Shown: piece after piece, positions 54,614 through 64,000 of the stretch | How positions within the stretch are numbered: position 1 is the stretch's first letter | Layout: the number at the start of each line of letters is the position of its first letter | NCBI RefSeq assembly: GCF_009914755.1 | Contig: NC_060937.1 | DNA length: 64,000 nucleotides | DNA from: the human T2T-CHM13v2.0 reference genome, Homo sapiens | Reading direction: 5' to 3' (one strand) | The notes under the pieces: model-generated | The model's database searches: none | What the model was told of the DNA's origin: nothing | Seen by the model: only the letters and a program-made list of their open reading frames with translations | Made by a program: the position numbers and the translations under genes

Positions 54614-55309
54614 CCAAGATGTTCCTTCATAAAAGCAGCTTCTCTACCTCATAGGTACTGATTATGTATCTGTTCAATGAATGAAGACATGAATGAATAA
54701 TTGGGTTATGCAGTGAGCAATATTTAAAGTCTGTTCAGATAATTACATGTATAACTGGATTATTTTCAATAACAAGAAAAAACTGGTTTTGAAGTATGCG
54801 ATTGGACAGTAATAAACTTATTTCATTTTTTTCATGACAATCTCAGACAAAAGACATTGCATTTTTCTTTAAGTGGGGTTTAAAATTAAGTGCTGGGGGA
54901 TTGTTTATGATCCAAAATGGACAGCTTCTCTTATACTACTGAATGTAATATTACTTCCTATGATATATTTTAGAAGTGATAATGACGAAGGAAGTAGATG
55001 TGTGCAATTACATTATTTTTTACTTTGAAACATAGTCTATTCTAAACTCTGATTCTTTTCTTTTTATGAAACAAGTACCAAGGCATGACAGTGAAATTGT
55101 TGCTTCTGAATATGGCTTAAACATACCTTCAAATTTTACTTTCGTTAGAAGGCTAAGCACTGTGTGCACAGAAGCACTGTGTCATGAGATTTGTTTCTCC
55201 ATCAGTGACTCTAGGATTTTGATTAAAATTCCTGCTGTGTCTCTCAATTCCAAGTACTTACTGAGAGTGAGTTTGTGGTATCGTTTAAGGTGAACTTCAT
55301 GTCACATTC

Positions 55310-55520
55310 CTCCAGCTGGAAGCTGTGTGACCTTGAGCAATTTCTATGTAAGTTTCAACTATAATATGAGAATTAGCAATAGTGCCTGCTACTATTACTT
55401 TCAATGGCAAAAACTGCCAATACTATTGCACCAACCTAATATTTTGATTAAGTGTGGAGTACATTTGTTGGTATAGTTAGAACTATGCCAGTTACATGGC
55501 AACACTGCTCCTGCTACAGT
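55310..55520 (+). mobile_element. MIR fragment
   Basis: agctgtgtgaccttgagcaa...ttagaactatgcc. Confidence 0.6.
55394..55439. mobile_element. Half MADE1
   Basis: attactttcaatggcaaaaactgc...tgcaccaacctaa. Confidence 0.85.
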
Positions 55521-55939
55521 TATTATTACCATTAACATTATTTAATGGTCTAGGAAGCCACCATTGACCTTGAGAGCTGACTAGATGGTCAAAGAGCACA
55601 TGAGCTGAGCTATCCTTAGGACCTGTTCTTAGCACTTGCTTTTAGGATTTCCCAACTCATTGCTGCTTTCCATTCTCTTGCATCAGAACGTTCCCAAACC
55701 TGTAACTACTCAGTCATGTTACCTCTTCTCCCGCTAGACATTACAGCAGCCAAGACTCACTGTGAGGAGACTAAGTGAGTTGTTTTCACTTAATGTGTAT
55801 TTCAAAAAGAAAGAGCTAACAAGAGTGAAACTATCTCATTGACAATCACAATGTTTTCTGTAATGGATAAACAGCAGTAGAATTTAGCATGAATTTATGG
55901 AGGTTAAAGGATCATTTTGTAATGTCTAAGAATCCTGCA

Positions 55940-56120
55940 ATAATCATAACATAATACCAGTTTCCATATTTAACCTTCACAGGCATGCTCTGAGGGCTTT
56001 ACATTCATTAATTCATTTGACTCTCTTAACAAATTTACAAAATATTAAGTTGCTATTATTTTGCCCATTTTACAGATAAGCAAACTGAGGCACAGGTGAT
56101 TTAAGCCACTTCAGCAGAGT
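55940..56120 (-). mobile_element. MIR
   Basis: cccattttacagataagcaaactgaggcacag. Confidence 0.8.
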
Positions 56121-57451
56121 ACACTGACCTTTGGTACCATAACTGCGGAGCCACAGAGCATGTCCGTAACCAGTACATTGCAGCCAAAGGCACGTACTTA
56201 CAAAAACTTTAAAATGTGCTAATTTGGGATATTTATCTGCTTAAACTATCTCAGGAGCATTATGACATTTACCGAACACTTGTGCTACCTTACTCTTCTT
56301 CCCAAAGAAAGTTGGAAATCTCATGCAATGCTTTTCCTCTGTCTCTCAATTTATTTTGTGCAGTGTCTGCCTTTTAGATGTATTCTGACAGCTTCATGAC
56401 TAGTAGTTTAGCTTATTTCTCGGTTTTAAATTAATAGTGGTTTGAAGTATTTCTTTTGAGCGTTATGCCTATCACAGGCCGCACCCAGACTCTTTTCTCT
56501 GACAATGAAAAAAGGACTGAAGACACAGTAAGGAAGGAAACTCTGAAGTAACCAGGTTGTGCCAATGTGGCGAGCAGGAAGGCAGTGGGTGCTAGACTAA
56601 CTGCCATCTGTCCTAAATGCCCCTGGCTAAAAAGCAGTGGCACCTGCAGTACCCACCTCACTCAGGACTGGGGGATTCCTCAATGCATCAGGAAGGCATT
56701 TGTCAGGAAGGAGGGAGCCACGGGGAAGCCCACACATGGCACCATATATTCGAGATCTCCCGGGGTCCTTTGCACTGTGAATTAACACATTTGATTATGA
56801 TACTAAGTGGAAGTGACACTAGCCAAGTTTGAGTTTTCCCATCGGTCCTTGAGCTGAAACTTGGCTTTGTGGTTTGGCTTTGTTCAAAGGCATTACTACT
56901 TATTTTCACTCTAAGCTGAATATAGTTAAGTGTTTTGAAAGGTAAAAAATATATATGGCAGGTCTTTATCACACATTATTGATTATCTCCTTAAAATATT
57001 ACTGAAACGAATTTGTTTTCATCAAGTAAAACAAATCGCACACTCCCCCAAATGATGGTTGTGTACAAATGTCAAATAATGAAGCTCTATCATTGTGAAA
57101 CTAGAATCATTGTAACTGGGTCACTGAAGCCCTTTTAAATTGTTCCACATTAAAATTAAATGATCATTAAGTGTAAAACTGCATTGAATTGTACCATATT
57201 ATCTGGAGAGAAGATGGCGCCTGACTAGTCCAGCAAGTTGATCTTAAGGTTAGAAGAGGCATTACATTTTGATTTTTTTTAAAATGGATAACTCCAAATA
57301 TGGAGTTGTATGAGTTCTTACATTAAATATACTCTATGTGTGTGTGGGGGGGTGTAGAGGTGTGTGTGTGTATGTGACTAAAGTGTAAAGATTAGGGCTT
57401 TTCCTCATTCCTCACAAAAATGTTTCAATTGGTTAATTGTAAACTGAACAA

Positions 57452-57745
57452 TTTTTTTTTTTGAGAAGGAGACTTTCTCTGTTGCCCAGGCTCGAGTGAA
57501 GTGGTGTGATCTCGGCTCGCTGCAAACTCCACCTCCGGGGTTCAAGCAATTCTCCTGTCTCAGCCCCCTGAGTAGCTGGGATTACAGGTGTGCATCACCA
57601 TGCCTAGCTAATTTTTGTATTTTTAGTAGAGATGGGGTCTCACCATATTGGCCAGACTGGTCTCAAACTCCTGATCTCAGGTGATCCACCCGCCTCGGCC
57701 TCCCAAAAGTGCTGGGATTACAGGCATGAGCCGCCATGCCAGGCT
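57452..57745 (-). mobile_element. AluS
   Basis: Full reverse Alu with poly-T. Confidence 0.94.
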
Positions 57746-58324
57746 GCAACCTGAATAAATTTCTAAAGACAGTATGATGTGTGATCCTCTCTTCTAATCC
57801 AGTAATATCCATATTAATAGAGATACTTCTGAAACCACTCAGAAGCATTGATTTGTGGTTTTCTACTTCACTTTCCTTCACTGAACCATTAGCCAGAGTG
57901 TGGTGGAAAAATAGAAGATTCTACATTCTCTCAAGTTTTGAGTCATTGCCAAGTCCAGAGCAATGATATGGAATGGGAATAGAGTGACACCTTCCAGACA
58001 TCGGGGCCTTCTAGGGGAATCAGAAAACTTTGAGTAGGTCCTACTTGGGTTCTGCAGATCTGCTTGTCTGTTGCCACCCATCAGGTATCAACAGGTATTA
58101 CTGCCAATATTGTTGGCATTATCAACACTCTGTTCTGCTTACTAGAGACCGAATGTGTGGCGGGCTTCCTGAAAAACGTGGGCTTAACTTGCTGCAAGCA
58201 TCACAGAGACAGAAATTCCTACCTAGACTAGGACTTGGGAGTTTCATTCATAAAACTCTTATGAGAGACTTAAAAGTTTGCTGAAAAAATACCTTGAAAA
58301 AATGGAGACACGTTATATGGTTTG

Positions 58325-58700
58325 GTCAACACTATCCTTATCACATTATAAAGAAAGGAACTAACCCGAGTTTGGGTTACCTTGATTTTAGAGAACCTAT
58401 GTCTACACTATCCTTATCACATTATGAAGAGAGGATTTATCTCCGTTTGGGTTACCTTGATTTTGGAGAACCTAGGTCTACACTATACTTATCACTTTAT
58501 GAAGAGAGGAACTATCCCAGTTTGGGTTACCTTGATTTTAGAGAACCTAGGTCTACACTCTCCTTATCCCATTATGAAGAGAGGACCTATCCCAGTTTGG
58601 GTTACCTTGATTTTGGAGAAACTAGGTCTACACTATCCTTATCCCATTATGAAGAGAGGAACTATCCCAGTTTGGGTTACTTTGATTTTAGAGAACCTAT
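58325..58700. repeat. 75-bp minisatellite, 5 copies
   Basis: Units start at 58325, 58401, 58476, 58551 and 58626; consensus gtctacactatccttatcacattatgaagagaggaactatcccagtttgggttaccttgattttagagaacctag. Confidence 0.97.
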
Positions 58701-59692
58701 TTTAATTCCGGTTCCCAGCAGTTATTTCCATTTTCAAATAATTTGCTCAGAGGGAAGTAATTGATCTTCTTCTCCATACTGAGATAAAGTCTACATCTCA
58801 CCATATAAGACCAGATTGGTCATTTTATTTTTAATAGTCTTTTGTTATTTTGTTTCACAGTAGCTTTTGAAAAGGAGTGGTGATAAACAACTTAATAATT
58901 TGTGGGAGCCAAATCATTTTAATTGTGTACATTTAAAATCTTTAAAAAATATGTAGAGAAAGTGGCTGGGCAATAAAACATTGTGCTTTTCAGCCAAATA
59001 TAATTAATAACTAACAAATTTATAAATTATCAGAAAAGAAAATGTGCTGATTTTTCAGTGAAAATGAACATGAAGTGGAATTGAACCCTAGTAGGGAACT
59101 TTCACTTTGGTGTTTAGGCTAAGAAATCCTGTGAACCTGTTGAAAATATGGGTTCCAAGAAATAAAGAATAAAAAGACAAAAAAGCTAAGCTCTGAAAAT
59201 GAGTGCTAACACTTTTGTAAAACTGCCAAGAATCTCAATACAACTGCCAAAGTTTTGATTTTCAGAAAAACACAGTGGAATTGCTAACATGCATGCTGTA
59301 TAAATGACTATTCATTGAATGAATGCTGTAGCTTATATGTGACTGCTTTCCCTGGCTGACTAATATATCAAGCATGGTACTTGTTTTGTGCTCTGAAAAA
59401 CTTTCTCCATTACCATAGTAACCTCTTACATGTTGGCGGAAGCTGATGTCATTCTAGGTATTATTCATTCTTAGTGGATTGATACTCAGTGTGCTAATAA
59501 GTCTCAATGATAAAAAGAACTAAGTATACATACCGGTTAAACATTACTTAACCCTTTCACCCCATGGAGTCCCCAGATGTCCACTGAGAGCATTACCGAG
59601 AACAGCTTAGAATGCTTTCTGTACTCAAGATGGTTATTTAGCAAGAGTCACTGTTAAATCATAGCTTACTTTGCTCAGTATTTTTGCCTCAT

Positions 59693-59882
59693 TGTATTCA
59701 TCTGCTAGGGCTGCCATAACAAAATATCACAGACTATGTGGCTTAAGTAACAGAAACTTATTTTATCACAGTTCAGTTCTGGAAGTGAAAAGTCTAAGAT
59801 TAAGGTTCTGGAAAACTTGGTTCCCGGTGGGGCTCTCTTCCCTGGTTTGCAAACAGCTACCTTCTCACTGTGCCCTAACATG
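59693..59882 (-). mobile_element. MLT1A-like LTR, partial
   Basis: tgtattc...tgctagggctgccataacaaaatatcacagact. Confidence 0.8.
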
Positions 59883-60369
59883 GGAACCAGGAAATGGAGC
59901 TGTTATCAAGAACAAGTAGAAAGAAATCTTCAGAGGAGGAAGGGCTCACTGGTCTGTTGAACATCACGTAAAATAAGCAGAAAAAGCATTTATTGGATTT
60001 GGCAATTTAGAGATTATTGGTGACCTTGGAAAGTGACATTTTAATAATGTAGTAGACATGAAACCATATTTCAATTGCTTGAGGAATGCACAGAAAATGA
60101 GGTAAGAGATATACAGAGTTTAATTTCCAATGAGTAAAAATGGCATACAATGATAACTTAGGAGTGGTGGCCAGAGACTGGAACACAATTTCATGGGACA
60201 TATTGGAGCATATTTATAGGCAGACAGAAAATAGCACATAGAAAAGAAGTAGAAGAGACAGAGGCCTTCATGGAGCAAGGTCACAGTGAAGGCAGGATGG
60301 AACAGATTCTCCAGTAAAGAATGAGGTAACAGTCTCAGAAAGGCACAGGATGTAAAGGCAATATGCAGA

Positions 60370-60949
60370 GTTCTCAAAGAACTGAAATCAGAACTACCAT
60401 TTAAGCCAGCAATTCCATTACTGGGTATCCAGCCAAAGGAAAATAAATCACTATATGAAAAAAGACACCTGCACCTGTGTGTTCATCACAGCACTATACA
60501 TAATAGCAAAATCATAGAACAAGCCTACACGTCTATCAATGGTTGACTGGAGGAAGAAAACGTGATGTCTATACACCACAAATACAATGCAGCCACAAGA
60601 ACAATAAAATCATGTCTTTTTCAGCAGATGGATGCAGGTGGAGGACATTATCTTAAGTAAAATAAGTCAGAAACGAAAACTAAATACCACATTTTTTTCT
60701 CTTATAAGTGGGAGCTAAACAGTGTGTACACATGGACATAAAGATGAAAATAATAGACACTAGGGCCTCTAGAAACAGGGAGGGTAAGATGTGGGGGGTG
60801 AGAGTTGATAAATAACCTATCAGGTAAAATGTTTACTATTTGAATAATGTGTACAATAGAAGCCCAGTCCCCATCAGTATGCAATATACCCATGTCATGA
60901 ATATGCACAATTACCCCCTGAATCCAAAATAAAATTAAATTTGAAAAAA
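60370..60949 (+). mobile_element. L1PB-type 3' end
   Basis: ccagcaattccattactgggtat...cttataagtgggagctaaac...gcaatatacccatg...accccctgaatccaaaataaaa. Confidence 0.88.
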
Positions 60950-61015
60950 GGGTAGGAGCATTCTCAAGAGGCATCTGCCATATTTAGCCACCAGAACTCA
61001 CATCAAGTTGTGGAG

Positions 61016-62011
61016 GTTTTTTCCAATTCTGTGAAGAAAGTCATTGGTAGCTTGATGGGGATGGCATTGAATCTATAAATTACCTTGGGCAGTATGGCCA
61101 TTTTCACGATATTGATTCTTCCTACCCATGAGCATGGAATGTTCTTCCATTTCTTTGTGTCCTTTTTTATTTCATTGAGCAGTGGTTTGTGGTTCTCCTT
61201 GAAGAGATCCTTCACATCCCTTGTAAATTGTGTTCCTATGTATTTTATTCTCTTTGAAGCAATTGTGAATGGTAGTTCACTAATGATTTGGCTGTTTGTC
61301 TGTTATTGGTGTATGAGAATGCTTGTGATTTTTGCACATTGATTTTGTATCCTGAGACTTTGCTGAAGTTGCTTATCAGCTTAAGGAGATTTTGGGCTGA
61401 GACAATGGGGTTTTCTAGATACACAATCATGTCATCTGCAAACAGGGACAATTTGACTTCCTCTTTTCCTAATTGAATACCCTTTATTTCCTTCTCCTGC
61501 CTGATTGCCCTGGCCAGAACTTCCAACACTATGTTGAATAGGAGTGGTGAGAGAGGGCATCCATGTCTTGTGCCAGTTTTCAAAGAGAATGTTCTAGTTT
61601 TTGTCCATTCAGTATGATATTGGCTGTGGGTTTGTCATAGATAGCTCTTATTATTTTGAGACACATCCCATCAGTACCTAATTTATTGAGAGTTTTTAGC
61701 ATGAAGCGTTGTTGAATTTTGTCAAAGGCCTTTTCTGCATCTATTGAGACAATCATGTGGTTATTGTTCATATGGAACCAAAAAAGAGCCCGCATTGCCA
61801 AGTCAATCCTAAGCCAAAAGAACAAAGCTGGAGGCATCATGCTACCTCGCTTCAAACTATACTACAAGGCTACAGTAACCAAAACAGCATGGTACTGGTA
61901 CCAAAACAGAGATATAGACCAATGGAACAGAACAGAGCCCTCAGAAATAATGTCACATATCTACAACTATCTGATCTTTGACAAACCTGACAAAAACAAG
62001 AAATGGGGAAA
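61016..62011 (+). mobile_element. Young L1PA ORF2 fragment with internal inversion, no 3'UTR or polyA
   Basis: 61016-61765 is minus (RT peptides [30 protein letters not shown]); 61766-62011 is plus ([12 protein letters not shown]...DQWNRTE). Confidence 0.93.
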
Positions 62012-62800
62012 TAAAGCACTGATTTTTCTTGTATGAAATAAAGATGATAAAAATTCACTTTTGCACTCACCACCACAGATAGCTACTATTAGCATTGTTG
62101 TATGCACTATAAATCTTTTAAATGTATAAAAATATGCATATGATTAAATTTCAATACTAGCTATACAATTCTACATTTGCTTTTTCACTAAACAGTATAA
62201 GCTTTTCCAACCTTCCCTGCCATTACACATTCTTTGCAAACTTAATTGATAAGGGCTGCGTAGAATTCTATGATTTGGACAATTGAAATAGCAACCGGGG
62301 TCACCCTACTTCCTAAGCTGTAGATAAGATTGGCTCAAAATCGCACATATAATAGACTGTAGAAAGTTCAATGCCCTCACTAGGATTTCTATAAATTACT
62401 GGAGATGTTCTTTTTCTCACCATCAATCCTGGCTCTCTGTTCAGGCTTCCATTAAATTAGTTTTCTCTTAGAATCTTCTTACTATCTCACATAAAATTTC
62501 CTTGTCTGTACCAGACTGACCTAGATATGAATTTTGGGTATTTTCCTTAATAAACATCACAGAAGACATTTGTGTGTGTGACTGAAGGTTTGGCGAGAAG
62601 AAGGGGTTTACTTTGCTGCAATGCAAATAATCTGAAAACTAGCATTAGACATCACTCAATCCATTTTTTGGTTGAGGAATTTTTTAGAGGCTTCTATTTT
62701 ATACTTTGTTCTCAGCACGTGTCTCCCTCTTTCCCCTGCTCTTCCTTTCCTGCATGTTTGTTCACTTTTCTGCCCCTTTTTTCTCCAGAGCTAAACTGAA

Positions 62801-63022
62801 TTATTATTTTTATTTATTATACTTTAAGTTTTAGGGTACATGTGCACAATGTGCAGGTTTGTTACGTGTGTATGCATGTGCCATGTTGGTGTGCTGCACC
62901 CATTAACTCTTCATTTAACATTAGGTATATCTCCTAATGCTATCCCTCCCCCCTCCCCCCACCCCACAACAGGCCCTGGTGTGTGATGTTCCCCTTCCTG
63001 TGTCCATGTGTTCTCATTGTTC
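62801..63022 (-). mobile_element. Young L1PA (about PA4-PA6) 3' end
   Basis: ttattatactttaagttttagggtacatgtgcac...gtccatgtgttctcattgttc. Confidence 0.93.
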
Positions 63023-63199
63023 TTTTACTTTTAGAAAACAGTGTGGCTTTCAGTAGTGTCTGTCCTTCAGCTGAGTTCTGGCTCTTTGATTCTCTTAGAA
63101 GAGAAATTTTCCATTTTCTCCTCTTAGTTACCATGGGGTAAGAGGTGGAGAGACTGATATTTTTCCATTTACAGAGGGATATCCTATAATTCCTCTAAT

Positions 63200-63760
63200 G
63201 TTTGATATTTTCAATGTTTCCATTTTTGCTGATATAAATCTATGATAAATAAAACAATTTAATAATACAATAATTTATTTAATAATTCTGTGATAAATAT
63301 CTTTGTGGCTAAATTTACATCTATATTTGATGTCTTGTTCTAGATGTCTAGAATGACAATTTCTGAAGTCTGGACATTTTCTAAAGCGTGTCATACTTAT
63401 TGGCAACTTGTTTCTAGAAAAGCTATACCAATTTTTATTCCTATTAGCAGTGTACGTGGACACCTTTGTCTTCTCTGGTGCCTATAATTCTTTTTAATTT
63501 TTATCTACATGATATTTGAACATATATTCTCACTTTCTAATTTGCATTTCTTCAACTGCTAGTATAGTTGAATATTTTTTCTGTGTGATTGGAAGAAATG
63601 TGAATTTCTTTTTTTCTCAATTGGCCCTTAGTCTCCTGGAAGCTCTTTTTAAAAATTTAATTATTTTTCTTAAATTGATTTTAAGGGCTCTTTGCATATT
63701 TAGAGTACTAACCAGTTCCTCATCAACTATTTTATTTTTTTCGTCTGCTAAGTATCCTAC
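63200..63760 (-). mobile_element. Degraded L1M 3' fragment
   Basis: ataccaattt...cagtgta; taatttgcatttc; gctctttgcatattaga. Confidence 0.6.
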
Positions 63761-63839
63761 AGTTTTAAAACCTGCAGATGCATAAGTGTTCTAAGTAGCA
63801 CTTTGAGAAGTTCACATTTCCTTTATGCTTCTGCCTTTG

Positions 63840-64000
63840 AGGTGTGGTAGGAAGCTTTCAAGAGGACCCTGAGGAACACCAGTAAGAACCACCAAGCTAA
63901 GCCCTTCCCAGGTCCTGACCTATAGAAACAGATAATACATATTTATTATTTTATGCTGCTAAATTTGGAAGCAATTTGTTATACATCAATAGATAACTAA
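63840..64000 (+). mobile_element. MLT1 LTR 3' end
   Basis: tcctgacctatagaaac...aatttgttatacatcaatagataactaa. Confidence 0.75.

Noticed and set aside
53374-54654. ORFs of 426, 323 and 312 aa (Pro/Ser/Leu-rich and Gly/Glu/Arg-rich)
   Set aside because: A nearly pure C/T or G/A tract can hardly encode stop codons, so these are low-complexity artefacts
58325-58700. CRISPR-like regular array
   Set aside because: Units are similar along their whole length with no unique spacers; eukaryotic context and no cas genes
61003-62036. Reverse-transcriptase ORFs as an active or novel RT system
   Set aside because: Frameshifted L1 ORF2 pieces with no promoter, ORF1 or endonuclease domain
62801-63022. Idea that this L1 3' end is the missing tail of the inverted L1 at 61016-62011
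   Set aside because: Opposite orientation, about 790 bp of unrelated DNA between them and no shared TSD; an independent insertion is simpler

Overview
AT-rich primate genomic DNA, very likely human because it carries a near-consensus AluYa5-lineage element. It is intergenic or deep intronic and dominated by transposable elements: ten full or near-full Alus, many L1 fragments of different ages, MaLR/ERVL solo LTRs, DNA-transposon MITEs, and L2/MIR relics. I recognise no protein-coding exon, RNA gene, CpG island or CRISPR array. The long ORFs in the track are L1 ORF2 remnants or artefacts of simple and tandem repeats. I cannot support a new multi-gene biological system. The non-routine signals are structural and mutational: a cluster of templated insertions and hairpins at 16.2-17.6 kb; an inverted copy of flanking microsatellite inside an Alu tail; two 5'-inverted (twin-primed) L1s, one lacking a 3' end; a 1.2-kb polypyrimidine tract with higher-order duplication; a 75-bp minisatellite with A/B alternation; a T>C cluster in a young L1; and a young Alu that may be polymorphic. 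Subfamily names come from my recall of consensus sequences and need Dfam/RepeatMasker confirmation.
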